Part shown: positions 38,333-51,480 of the stretch, in pieces
Layout of the letters: each line of letters opens with the position of its first letter
Position numbering within the stretch: the stretch's first letter is position 1
NCBI GenBank assembly: GCA_003427395.1
Contig: BFEA01000034.1
Location: 1,269,927 to 1,333,926 of the forward strand
Origin: Chara braunii
Taxonomy: Eukaryota; Plantae; Charophyceae
DNA length: 64,000 bases
Direction: 5' to 3'
Program-made: the position numbers and the translations under genes
Notes under the pieces: model-generated
What the model saw: only the letters and a program-made list of their open reading frames with translations
What the model was told of the DNA's origin: nothing
The model's database searches: none

Positions 38333-41300
38333 ATAGGAAAGGGGGTCATAAAGGGGTAAAAGAATTGAGAGATTAACGAACTACTTGGATCAAACTGATG
38401 TGGGATTCAGAGGGATGTTTGTTTACGCATGTTTGCGGGTTCTTGTTTGGGGCATCTCTTGGTAGCTTTAGTTGTTTAGATGCTCGCCGAGTGTTGGAGT
38501 CATAGACTAGAATGGATGATGGGAAGGGAAAATTGGGATACGATTGGACTGACCTTACTAGAAGTTAGGACTAGTGGTAGCTCATGATGCCATCTTCAAA
38601 AGAGGATTGTGTGGACTATCACCTGCTCTAACGATCAAGTGAGGGTCACAAGTTAGTCCCAAGTATAGTTGTACTTTGTTTCTGCATTTTCAACTTTGTA
38701 TAAATCTTGGCAGTCTCCTGTTCCTACGGGAAGCACTGCCGAAATTTTTACAAATCTGAAAGAGTTAGTCATTTTTGGACATTTGAAAATTCTGAAAAGA
38801 CACTTTTCCTGAGGGTAGAGATGCCGAAATTTTGTGAAATTTAGCGAGTTAGATTATTTTCTGCTAAGGAAAACTTTGGCAAGGAGATGTCAGTGCTCTC
38901 AATAACTTCTACGGAAAGTAAGGTAAACGTTAGTAAGGAAGATAGGCTATGGAGTGGTGTTGATCCTCCATCTGTCTTGAACGAAGTACTTGGTCCGCTT
39001 TGGCTTGAACTGTGGTGCANNNNNNNNNNNNNNNNNNNNNNNNNNNNNNNNNNNNNNNNNNNNNNNNNNNNNNNNNNNNNNNNNNNNNNNNNNNNNNNNN
39101 NNNNNNNNNNNNNNNNNNNNNNNNNNNNNNNNNNNNNNNNNNNNNNNNNNNNNNNNNNNNNNNNNNNNNNNNNNNNNNNNNNNNNNNNNNNNNNNNNNNN
39201 NNNNNNNNNNNNNNNNNNNNNNNNNNNNNNNNNNNNNNNNNNNNNNNNNNNNNNNNNNNNNNNNNNNNNNNNNNNNNNNNNNNNNNNNNNNNNNNNNNNG
39301 GTGTTGATCCTCCATCTGTCTTGAACGAAGTACTTGGTCCGCTTTGGCTTGAACTGTGGTGCAGGTCAACGAATTCGATTGAAGGCTTGATTCGTTCGAC
39401 TTGATCCTACGAAGGATCATTCTTCTGTTATCCCTTGATAACAGGTCGGTTTACGACACTTCCCTGCTTCTACATCTCAACTGAAAGCCTTGGCTCTTGG
39501 GGGTTTCCATCTTTCTTGTGATTTTCACCCAGATTTCTAAGTGGCCATTTTTAAAGACTGAGTACCTTTGTTGCGGGTTGGTGGAAATTGGTTGGGGCTT
39601 GTATGCATAAGGCAGGGTGTGAGTCGCAAAAACGCAGTAAAGTTGACTCCCTTACTGTGTGTGATGTTGTTGTTTGAACTTTGTGTGATCGCAGGTATGC
39701 GTATAAGATCTTTGGATTGAGTTTGATGATAGTTTGAGTATTGTTCAAATGTTGATGGACAAGCCACACTACTATTGTGAGAGTGATCGTCTGAAACCAC
39801 ACAAACTTCTGCTTGAACTACCTCTGCTGAGCATAATTATAATGAGAACCCTATAGTGGTCGTGAAAAGTGATAGCCTCAAATTTCATAACCCCTCGTAT
39901 ACATATGTGTATACATTCCCATTTACATGTACATATACATCAGTATTCGTGCGGTCTGCTGTGACCGCGTGCGGGAGTTAAACAAACTATGTCTGAGAGA
40001 AAAGAAAGATCCACTTTTACCTTTTGCTTTTCAAGGTTATCATGGTTGGACGTTGTTGTTTGTGGCAACCGTCAAAGTCAAACCCCTTGATTTCACTCCA
40101 GGCCTTGGATGATGGAGCTTGCCTCCTAGGCGACGAGAGTTGATTGCCACCACAGGCTGGAACCTGTGTACCACCCACTCTCCGTAGAGTGCAGAAGAGT
40201 GTGTGGTGATCAACCACCTTGGCGGTTATCTATCGTTGGGAGATTAACCCCTCAAGGCACGTGTCAGCCGATACTTGAGTATGGAAACGTGACCCTCGAG
40301 ACTATCGAGGGTCGCGTGATTATGGGTATTACATAGTATTCCATCGATGCGATTGCGTTCGTATACTTGCATTGCTAGTCGATATGAGAAAGCCCTAGCG
40401 TCCGCGCGGTTTTATCTTGAGTCTCGCGCACGACGCCTAACCGATTTTCGTGGTAAAAGGTTATGGTTTGGATACTGAAGGGACTATCAAAGTTTTGTTT
40501 TTGTGTGTATTTTATTTTTTGTGTGGTGTAACGCGTGGTGAGTGGAATGTGTCCTAGTCGACCGACGGCGAGTCGTGCTTGGGACCTCAGCCCCCCAATG
40601 CATTGATTCACGTGCGGGTCCGATTGAGGGGCGTTAACCGCACGTACCCCCAGTGCCACAGAACGAGAAAATGCCCTCGGTCGGGCGACCTCTGCGATTG
40701 CATACGAAAAGCTATCGCATGTGATTCGATAGCTCGGCGGGGATACACCCACCCAAGGGATGGTGACAACTCCCGGAGGTGGAGGTAAGTTGTGCCTCGC
40801 GTGACCCTATCCTGTCGTAGGGGTTCACGAGAGGTATGGCTGGCGCACTCGGCCGGAGCGGCAAAAGGCTCTGCGACGAAGTCCTACAAAATCCTGCGTG
40901 ACACGGTCAAGAGGGTCTCCCTACGGGACCGATGCGCTCGATACCGCACGTCCCAAAAAACAAAACAAGCTTTGGCCGCGATTGTAGTTGGATACACTTT
41001 TTGGAGTACTCCGTGTGAGTCTGCCCTCAGTGAGGGCACTTCGGTAGAACGAAGAACACGGGGAGCACTGTCAGACTCACGAAAAAAGAACAAAAGAAAA
41101 AAAACAACAAAGCTTTGGTCGTGAAAGTGGTTGGATGCATTTCAACGACGCTAGTGTGAGTATGCCCCCAGACAGGGCGTTTTGAGAAAGAGGCGCTGCC
41201 TTGCTGGCAGGGAAAGGCAGGAAAAAAAAAAAGGAGAAAAAATAAACCAGCAACGTTCCCTCTCCTCGTAATAGTGGTCAGATGCATTTTGGAAAGTGAT

Positions 41301-42149
41301 CATTTGAGTATGGCCTCCGTGACGTCCTTCCACGACATCATTGATCTCTGGCATGTTTGTTCTTTTTTTTTTTTTTTTTTTTTTCCCTTCAGGTAGACCG
41401 TCAGCACCGGTGCCACTTTCGAAATTCCCACTGCAGGTACCCTCATGCCGAAGGCTCGGGAAATAGCGGCGTGCAGTGGGCAGGTAGCTTCGGGATTTTA
41501 TGTGCGGGTGTACTGGTGGTTTTAAGTTCTTGCTGCGCTACAGAGGGAACGTGGACTGACCAATCCTATGCAAGACGTCTACCAGACCGTCTATAAATTA
41601 TTTCTGGACGGATCTGATCTGAACACTGGCTGTGATCGTTGTCCTGTCTGCGACGTTAAATACTTCCCGAGGACCTTGGGGGTTGTCTTTAAACTGCCTC
41701 TTGATTAGCCGGATGTAAGGCTCATTGCACGCAGGGATAAATAACGGGCAGTACTGGTCATAAGCGGGTTCCTGGGCACAGGAAGGGAAGGTTCCAATTG
41801 GTGCTCGAGCATGAACACATTTATTTCCATTACCGGGTACATCTGTGCACGTGATCTATTTTTATTTTGATTAGTTGAGGTGTGACAGACTGCTAACACC
41901 TGACAAACAACAGTAGTTCAGAACTGTTGTAGTCTACCATTGCCAGCTCTATGTGATGGTGATGTAGGAGAAGTAATCGGAGTAGCAATTGATCAATTGC
42001 TCAGTCTGTGTATAAACTGTTGGCACCACTTGATCGGTCGCCCGAGTGACATGCTAAATAGTAAATATTTATATATTTATTTTTAATTATTTTTCAACTC
42101 GGTTAGACACATGTTGCGGTAGGCTCAAGTGAGGGCATAATGCAGATAG

Positions 42150-45100
42150 GGATCTGCTTAGTCGATGAGCGGTACAAATAGTGGTGAAGGTACAGCTGGC
42201 GATAGGAGGCAAACATGACCGGATGCACGAAGAATTCCGGTAGTGTTCCAAGAGAAGGTTTCGGGCCGAAGCAAGGGCCCGACATTTCGAGACTGCTAGG
42301 GAGGCAGCTGCAGCTGCAGAACAAGTGCTAGCATAGTAGTGATGGCTACATCTGCAGCGACCTCTCAAGGGCAGGAGACGTCAGGAAGCAAGGCCTGACA
42401 TTTGCAGACTGCTAGGGAGGCAGCAACAGTTGCAGAACAAGTGCTAGCGTAGAAGCGATGGCTACATCTGCAGTGACCTCTCAAGGGCAGCAGGCGTTCG
42501 GAACCTTAGCTAGTTCCTCCCCCTCATCCAGCGGGATGAGTGCAGGACTTTCCACAAGTCAGATGGTGGGCTCGCAGTACAACTCGCCACCTCCACACAC
42601 TGAGAGGACATAGAACTCCAGCAAGTGGAGTTAATCCGCTTACGGCTAGAGAAGGAACTTAAGGAAGCTACCAAAAGAGAAACCGAGATTAGAAATAGGA
42701 AAGTCGGATTGGAGAGCAGAAGGGCAGACAATGCTGCAATAGAAGGGTTTGATGACTCGACCCTGGATGACACTAGTAAAATCCTGAAGGCAGGTATGTT
42801 GAGCACGTACGCTTACATGGATAGCAAACTGGATGCAATCCTGGACACCCTTGACCAGATATTGAATGCCAGGACCACATCCCTCCTTAGCTGGTGGGCC
42901 CAGTGTCCAGCCCCGGGCAGCGTTTCCAGCGTCGGTAGTAACACCGGCAAAGACAGACGGCTGCTTTTTCATCTTCCGGTCCAGCTGCTGCCGCTACGGG
43001 GCAGCAGCCAGTTCCAGAAATGGGACTACAATAGCCTTGGTACCCCAAGACTGCACTGAAACCACCCCCAACCAGTTCCATAAATGGGACTACAGCAGCC
43101 TTGGTACCCCAAGACTGCACTGAAACCACCCCCGTCTTTCTCAGGAGATAAGAAGGACGAGGCACTTGACACATGGTTGAGGACGGTTCCAAGTATGGGT
43201 TATGGCGAAGAGGACGTTGCTAGAAGAAGAGGTGATCACTGCTGCCTCATATCTCGAGGGATCAGCAGTGAGATGGCTAGATGTGATAGTGGCCTTTAAA
43301 TGAGGGGTTCAGGTGGAGAATGAATGATTGGGCAAAGACCCCCACAATAAAGTGCTTCATGGGGTTGGTTGAAACGCGATCGCACAACCAACAGCAGTCC
43401 CAACAGGCCACCGATGCATTGGCCTGACTTGATGCCAGAAGGTACAAGTCCGTGCGTGAGCTCCCCGTTGTCGTGGAAAGACTCACAGTCATCCCGGGAG
43501 CCCGCTCTGATCCACAAGTCTTGCTGACCATGTATTTGAGATGTCTTCTCACAGACATCAAAAACCTGATGGTTAGCGAGGCAAGCATGGATTATCACAC
43601 TCTTGACTTCTTCAACAAGAAGGCCCTAGATTTAGAGGCCAAGCTAGGAGCATAGCAACCTGCCATGGACGGTAGGAAGAAAAAGGCCCCACAAGAATGG
43701 AAGAAGGGTAGTCAGTTGCTGATGATTTATTCCGATGGGAATCAAACCGAGATCGATGTGGAGGAAACAAAGGTGGGTGGCGAGGAGAGTGCAGAGGGTG
43801 GCAACCTCACCATCATAACCGAAGGAAAAACAGTTGGCTTCGGCAAGGGCGGTCAACAAAAGAGTCAGGGGCAGGCCCAAAACTCAAATAAGACTCTAGC
43901 TTGGGTGAGGGCAGGCCTGAATCAGGATGTGTGGAGGGACCGGTATTTGAGTGGAGCTTGCATAAACTGTGGTGAGTATGGTCATCAGCAGGTGCAAGAA
44001 CACCAAGGTCTCTCAAAAAAAGATTTCTCCCAAAGGTGGTCTTGGGGGATCTTTTGTCCAGAGTGGTGCTTCTACGAGGGCCAATCAGGGAAACACATCC
44101 AACCAGTAGAAGTTATAGCTGCTTCTACTCATGCTGAAGTGGGTGTACCCTCGCCACTTTTGGAGTTGGCCGAAGCTATTGACTCACTCGTCACCCCGCA
44201 GGCACATTTTGACCAAACGACACTATGATTGTTAGATGTGTCTCAAGCCTTAGAGGCCTTAGAAACGGAGTGGTCGGCAAGGGACCCTCGTGAGTCTCGG
44301 GTGGCACCGTCCAGAGGTCATAGAGGGGGGCATTTCGTTGTGGAAGTCGGTGTAGGTGGCCGCTAGTGTGGTGCCTTCGTTGACATTGGCTCCTCCCGAA
44401 ACTTCATAAGTCGCAATTGTGTTTATGGCTACGCCTAGGGGACCGGGTGCAGCGCTTGGGTAGATCTGTAGCATCTACTCTAGCCAACAAATAGCGCATG
44501 GTTGTGAATGACTACGTCAAGGGCACAGTCTACACCTTCTACGTCTACACCTTCTACTATGGAGGTGGGGAACTAAATCATATGATTTTGTTCCTAGTTA
44601 GCGATGACTTACCATTTGACATGATGTTAGGTGTGTACTACCTCGAGGTTGCAAAGCCCCAGTTCGACTGGGACGAAATGGTACTTAAGCATGTACTACC
44701 AGAAGGGAGGACAGTCAAACTTGCGAAGTATAAGGCTAACAATCTGATAGACACTTACGGTTGCATGTGTGCATCGACATTCTACAATTACTATAAACGG
44801 AACCAAGAGGAGGGTATGTACTTAGTCTTTGTCTTTGAAAAATGGGAGGCCGTTAAATCACTCTAGAGATAGAAGTTGTCGTTGCTAAGTACCCTGATCT
44901 GTTCAAGGAGCCTTCAGGAGTCGTGGGTAGGGAGGTCGTCCATGCCGTAGAAATCATCCCAGGTAGCAAGACACCAAAAGGGAAAATGTATAGGATGGCT
45001 TCGATCGAGTTGGACGAGCTTCGTCGGCAACTGAAAGAGCTTACAGAAAAGGGTTGGATTCAGCCTTAGTACCTCCCCCTTCAGCTCACTAGCTCTATTT

Positions 45101-45635
45101 GTCCTGAAGAAGGGGGGGACAATGAGGATGTGCATTGACCATCACCGTTAAAAACGTAGAGCCTATACCACACACCCTCTTGGATAGGGTGCAGGGATGT
45201 AAATGCTTCACAAAGATAGATCTAAAGTTCGGTTACCATCCAATTGTGAGTAGACCAGAGGACCAATACAAAACTGCACTTTGGACCAGGTTCCGTTTGT
45301 ACGAGTTTGTGGTGATGCCCTTTGAACTTCGCAATGCGCTGGGCACATCCCAGCACACCATGAATAGGATAGTTCATGACTACTTGGATAAGTTCATCGT
45401 CGTCTACCTCGACGACATTCTTATCTTCAGTAGAACAGTCTAGGAACATCCCCAACATTTAGAAAAAGTACTTTCACTCCTGCGAAAACATGAGTATAAG
45501 ATCAATTTAGAGAAATGCGAGTTCGGTCGCACTAAAATCTTGTACTTGGGTCATGAGATATCCTTGGAAGGGATAAGGGCGGAACATGCCAAGGTGGCTA
45601 GCATTCGTGACTGGCCATGACCCCATTCTGTGACA
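42150..45635 (+). mobile_element. Decayed Ty3/Gypsy internal region (Gypsy-3): gag, PR and RT, truncated after RT
   Basis: LKPPPSFSGDKKDEALDTWLR, zinc knuckle CINCGEYGH, AFVDIGS, KIDLKFGY and VVYLDDIL. It ends at IRDWP*PHSVT. Confidence 0.9.
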
Positions 45636-45657
45636 TTGGATACAGTTGCAAAAACGT

Positions 45658-48223
45658 TGTCGAGCGCATCGGCCCCCGCGCGAGCACGAGGGCCCTCCCG
45701 ACCATGTCACGCAGGAGATAATCAAAACAAAACCTGGAGACAACTCGAGAACGACGCCTAACTAATCCCGCGAGCCGCCGAGACGGTCGTGGCCGCGTCG
45801 TCTCGTCCCCGCTCTAGCTTGGTGCGCCAGCTATACATCCCTCGCTCTAGCTTGGTGCCTCCCCAACGACCATCGTTATGATTGTGGCTATAGCCAGCAG
45901 CACCTCCACCCTTGTTGAGATGGTGGCTATGAGAGCCTCCTCTCTCTGCCTCTATTGCAAACCTCCACTCTCCTCCTCGAGGCAGCACTTACTCTAGCAG
46001 CAACAACTCCCACCGGCAGCTCCTCCACGCCCCTCCTAGCAATGCTTAGCTGCTCCCGGACCTCAGTCCACTCCTAAGTTTTTGAGTGTCACGTATCAAG
46101 CTATAGGTCTCACTACGCGCCCATGGCCTCATTTGCTATGTCAAGCTGCTGCTCCGCTGTGCCTTTGCTTGGGTCCACCCCTTCCTAATATAGTCGTGGA
46201 GGTGGGGCACTCACATCACTTCAGTTATGGGTCCATATGTGCCTCTATCTGCCTTCACTCGAGCTGCTGAATCCCGAAATCACTCTGTGACTGCCACTTG
46301 TCACTTCTCCTTGCTTCCTCTACCGTCACCGTGGAATTAGAGTTGTTGTGACCCATAACTTTCATTGTCCAGCTTGCTTCGCCTTGTGTATATATATACA
46401 TGTCCCTCTAATGGCTTCAGGTTGTCTCATCGGGCTCTGGACCGAAGTTCCGGAGCAGCCTCTCATTGAAAATGGGGGCAAGCTCAGTCCGCATGGGTTT
46501 GAGCCCAAGCAGCCCTCATAGGGCTGCAATACAAGGCGGATAACTCAAGCCCTTTGCTATATGGAGGGCTGCCAATTCGGAGGCTTCAAAGCCTTGAAGC
46601 CTCAGTCTGCTGCTGGAGGCAAGAGTCACAGCCAGACCTTAAAAAGGCCTGAGCTACACTCTCTTGCTGTGGTTATGGGTTGAAGAATTCCCAGCCATGG
46701 TCACTATGTTTTGTTTTCTCCACCGTGGTCTCCCACATTAAAAATAGGCAGCCAAATGGCTACAGCTAACTCCTGGACAGCCATTGGCTGCCTTTTTTCT
46801 GTCTGGCACGAGTTCTGAGGGGTGCCAGCTCAGTGCTAAAGAACAACTCGTTATAATCGCGAGCTAAAATCTCGACAGGCTTAGAGCGGGATGCAAAAAG
46901 TACCCTGATTTTGGCGATTTTTAATTAAAATTTCGTCAAATAAAAGAATCTGAAAAAATTCATGCGCGTGGCATAGGTGCCCACCTACTCAGAGAAAATT
47001 TTTCAGAGCGAACAAAAATCATTTACGCCACCAAAAAATATAGGCGCAAACTGCGTTATACACATTTTCTAAAAATCTTGATCCACTTTTTTATTTATTT
47101 TTATTTTTTTTCTTTTTTCTTTTCCCTTTTTGCCCATTGGCCTAACAGCGCCCTTGGGAAGGCTGTGGCTCCAAGGCCCAGCCATGAACTATTGAAATGC
47201 AGACCAGAGTCCAAATCCAAATGGATTCAGGGCATGGTGGGGTTGTGCAACCTCATGAAAAATGACCCTCACCACCCTACTCACCAGATGTGAAAAATGG
47301 AAACGAGTTTCCCCTTTTCCCACGGGAAGAAGCAGTGCCTTGTTAAGCCGTGAGGCTGCTGCTATTTCAAATTTCATAAGAAAAAAAAATCATGTCATCC
47401 CTGCGTAGGTCATGCTACTCTCTACGCGGCTGGTTTTCAGCCGTGCGATTTTATCTATCGCACGACCGAAAATGGCCGCGTCATAAAGTTGGGCTGCTCC
47501 AAAAGGAAGGAGCTAGCTCAGTGGGCCTATTGGCTTCGATCCCCACATCTGCGGTGTATCAAGCTGGTACTTTACCTACTGGGCTAGCTCCTATTTCACA
47601 TCAGGATAGGAGCAGGCCTCATATATGAAAGGCTATAATGGCCAATAGGCAATCTATCTACGGCCTTGCAGGCCTCGCCTACATGAGGCCTTGAGAACTT
47701 GCCTACTTGTAGCCTAGCAGGCCTATCTTGCCTGTGGCCTTGCAGGCCTCACCGGCTGGTGGCCTAGCAGGTTCTACCTACTGCCACTTCCTCATGGATG
47801 GCAACCTATCCATGGCTCCGGGGCCACCCATCGGGTAGGCCTCGGCATAGGCCTGTTGGCCCTCCCCTTGGCTCGAGGTCAACTCGGTGGCCCTTCCTAT
47901 TCCTCTCGCGCCCCTCCTTTCTAGCCTACTTAGGCCTTGAATCGTGCGGCTTAGTAGCCACGCGACATTATTTTAGATAGAATAGGTTTAACTTTAGCGT
48001 TCCCATGTCCGCGAAACATTGTCATTCACATCTGTTATTCTCGGACGCTACATGCGTGCGGACAAAAGCTCGAAAACTTTTAGTTCCTCAGTCATGGGTC
48101 AGGTCTGAATAAACTTTTGGCAAACGTCGGTCTTATCAAGTCTTTTAACCGAACGAAAAGTCGGACTGCGTCCGAGGTTTAAAATCCCCGGCGAATACCC
48201 TTGTTAGGGTATTTGCCCCGACA
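45658..48223 (-). repeat. 3' LTR (2566 bp, internally deleted)
   Basis: Collinear with 52122-52305 and 54596-56997. Confidence 0.9.
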
Positions 48224-48734
48224 GCATTCTGAGACCCCATTGAATGACTTCCACGTCATTCATCCTATATTAACAAATAATATAGGTTTGTCTGGATTCT
48301 TATGGAACTCCTTTGTAAAAATACTAACAAAATTATCCCATATATAATTAGCCCGAAGCTTATACCAGAATCCGTGTCGTTCCCCCGGTAGTCTAAAATT
48401 CACGATCTATGAATGATCTTACTGAGCGATGTTCCCGCCGCTCTTCATCAAGATAATAATAGAAACTGCATAAGATTTTAATAGATACCTTTAATCAATC
48501 AAGCAACCATCCGGGACGAAGTCGGGGAGTTTTTACCAATATTCAAGGAATGTCACTCTCTGTCGTTCACTATCCAAATAGAAATTAGGATTCTTACGAA
48601 ATTACCACGTGAAAGCAACACTTAAGAAACTCAACAATTCAACAAACATTCGGAACACAACTGAAATTCTCACATCAACATTCAACAATAAAATTGAATT
48701 TTAATCTTTAGAAGTCTTACAATTCACTCACTCG

Positions 48735-49710
48735 ACAGGATCATTCCCCTGTAGGTCTTTTGACAGGATTATTCCCCTGCAGGTCCTTTCACAGGATCAT
48801 CCCCCTGCAGGTCTTTCAAAAGGAAACAGTCACATCATAACTGAACCAATTTTTCAATTCAACAAACATGCTGATTAAGACAAGTTCCTTGTCACAGAAC
48901 TATTCCCCAGTTTACTGATAGGAATGATTCCCCGGTTGCTGATGGATTAACCTCCCAATCCACTGATGGGAACGAGTCCCCAGTTGCTGATGGAAGTCAC
49001 TCCCTAGTCTGTTGATGGGAACCAATCCACATTGTACTGATTTGAATTACTTTCTAGCTTTCTGATGGGAATGACTCCCCAGTTGCTGATGGGAATGACC
49101 TCCCAGTCTACCGATGGGAACAAGTCCCCAGTTGCTGATGGAAGTCACTCCCCAGTCTGCTGATGGGAACCACTCCCTAGTCCACTGATAAAATCGAGTT
49201 GTGAGATCATCCTGTTATAGGTCTTTCACAGGCTTAACCCCCTGCGGGTCTTTTTCATTCCATCGAATATGGAAATGACTCCCCAGTGGCTGATAGGAAT
49301 GACCTCCGAGTCCATTGATCGGAACAAGTCTCAAGTTGCTGATGGAAGCCACTCCCGAGTTTGCTGATGGGAGCTAATCCATGGTCTTTCACAGGCTTAA
49401 CCCCCTGTGGGTCTCTCATTCCATCAATATGGAAACGACTCCCCAGTTGCTGATGGGAATGACCTCCCAGNNNNNNNNNNNNNNNNNNNNGGGAACAAGT
49501 CCCCAGTTGCTGATGGAAGTGAGTCCCCAGTCTGCTGATGGGAGTCAATCCATGGTCTTTCACAGGCTTAACCCCCTGTGGGTCTTTCATTCCATCAATA
49601 TGGAAATGACTCCCCAGTTGCTGATGGGAATGACCTCCCAGTTTATTGATGGGAACAAGTCCCCAGTTGCTGATGGAAGCCACTCCCCAGTCTGCTGATG
49701 GGAGTCAATC
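48735..49710 (-). repeat. 3' UTR arrays: ~28-bp CAGGATCATTCCCCTG units and a ~23-bp TCCCCAGTTGCTGATGGGA array with higher-order duplication
   Basis: Directly visible. Confidence 0.9.
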
Positions 49711-50664
49711 CTCTTTTTGATAATCATTCCTCAGTAGTCGCCATAACATTCCATAATATTCATCCTAAAATAAATGAGATCCATTCAGGACCAAGTCTTG
49801 ATTGCGATTCAAACTTCTTCACATTCCATCCTAATTTCAGTGTCTCCATTCATCAATCTGTCACATGTAGAGTAGAACAACCTTACCTTTTACAACCAAG
49901 GTTGGCTAGACCCTGGTTACAAGGGTACAATGCCTGACACAAGGAGAGGTAGCCACTTCTCCCCTCGCAACAACCATAGTCGTCTACCTACAAATTCACA
50001 ATTTCTCAACAACTTACATTCAACCAAATACTCACAACAACAAAACAAATGCTTTCAAATGGAATTTCATAGTGATCCTTATCGTATATTCTTCAATAAT
50101 AAACTGATCAGACAATTTTTCAATAGATAATAGAATGAACATATCAAATGAGACAGAATTCTCGTGTCATAAAAATGATATCAAACGAAACATCAACCTT
50201 GAGTTGATTTTATTAATCTCACAAAAAATTGTTTTGAGTTCATTAACTCAGGAATTGAAATCAGAATCTCGACAATCTATTTTTTCTGTAACCGTCAATC
50301 CCTTGCATCTACTCGGAGTGTGTCCGGTACTACCATATCTCTTACATGTAATATTCTCCCAATAGGATCTCCCTTTCTTTACTCGTTGGTCTAGTTGATT
50401 TCAAGACGCTGACTCGCAATCTTGAGTAGTTGACATTGAAGAATTATCCAACTGATCTCCCTCATTGTCCCTATCTCGCTCACATTGGTCCTCCAAAGGA
50501 CGTTCTATCCTTGTCTTCTAATACTCATGACAACAATCGTCCTTTTCTTTTTTCAGTATTCCTCTGATTTTTGAGAGATTCGTCACGGGATCTGAATCTC
50601 TCTTTCGCTTGTCAACTCGACACTCTCTCTCAATTTTTTGTAAGCAAAGATGTAATCGAAGAGT

Positions 50665-51480
50665 CTAGTTAAATATTCGACTAAATTCTCGGTCAATAAA
50701 ATTTGACCGAATTTTTTTCCAATTGAATTTACTACTTTCTCCTCGGGTAAGCAAACACAGCTCCCCTTCAGAAAAATTTTCAAGAAAAGCAAAGCACTTC
50801 CGTCTATCTGTCAACCCTTGAATTCGACGAGCCACCCGTTCAAATTCACCCATAAACTTTTTCTTTACTCCATATGGATCTCGCTCAACATTCCTCAAAT
50901 CCTCAATTGTTGTTACTGTATCGCCTAACCAGAATTCGTCTAACACGGCATCGGGAAAATGAGGCCACACTAATGAAGTCTCAATTATTTGTTGGACTAT
51001 ACTCGCGAGATCTTTGTCAATATATTTAAGAACTCGCCTCAACATTTGAGGCTTATCCCAATCGTTAACGGATGCCAACTGTTCAAATTTTTCAAGGAAA
51101 GTAGAAACAAAATTACCGTCGAAGAGAGGGACGTCTACTCTTGGCAGACTTTCCCTTTCCACGTCTCTCTGTTTTACAAGTCGAGTTATTCCCGTCATAT
51201 CTTCGTGATGATGACCTTTGCTTTCTTCCTTTTTCTCTCCTGCGAGCGGTTTCGAGAATTTGACAATCATCAACTTCTCGAACTCATTCCAGGTTTCAGA
51301 AGCACGTAGAAGATGTCCAATCTTAACTTTCAATTCTTCAATCACAAACCCCAAAGTAAAAAGGAACTTGTGATTTTCTCCCCAAAGCATTAGTGTTGCC
51401 AAAGCCTGAAAGGCCTTTAAGAATTCAACAACCCCGCTACCTCTGAAGAGAGGCACGTCGGTAAAAGTTCCTCCCGTCAT
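50665..51480 (-). CDS. Retrotransposon Gag capsid-like protein, C-terminus disrupted
   Basis: VPLFDGNFVSTFLEKFEQLA...W...W..F capsid N-terminal pattern, present twice. It lies downstream of the PBS, and the acceptor-like TTTTGCAG ends 9 nt before the ATG. Confidence 0.75.
   Translation of the reverse strand: MTGGTFTDVPLFRGSGVVEFLKAFQALATLMLWGENHKFLFTLGFVIEELKVKIGHLLRASETWNEFEKLMIVKFSKPLAGEKKEESKGHHHEDMTGITRLVKQRDVERESLPRVDVPLFDGNFVSTFLEKFEQLASVNDWDKPQMLRRVLKYIDKDLASIVQQIIETSLVWPHFPDAVLDEFWLGDTVTTIEDLRNVERDPYGVKKKFMGEFERVARRIQGLTDRRKCFAFLENFSEGELCLLTRGESSKFNWKKIRSNFIDREFSRIFN

Larger units (their letters stand above)
30450..40943 (+). mobile_element. ~10.5-kb solo-LTR-like unit of the giant-LTR family
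   Basis: The start TGTCGGCGTGAATACCCTTACAAGGGTATCCG matches the family U3 end. 40550-40943 (…CCTGTCGTAGGGG…TCCTGCGTGAC…CCGATGCGCTCGATA) matches the U5 end. I saw no PBS or gag inside. Flanks are CCAT and CCGC. Confidence 0.75.

Noticed and set aside
38955-39363. 65-bp direct repeat flanking an N gap
   Set aside because: Identical sequence at both gap edges is typical of unmerged contig overlap.
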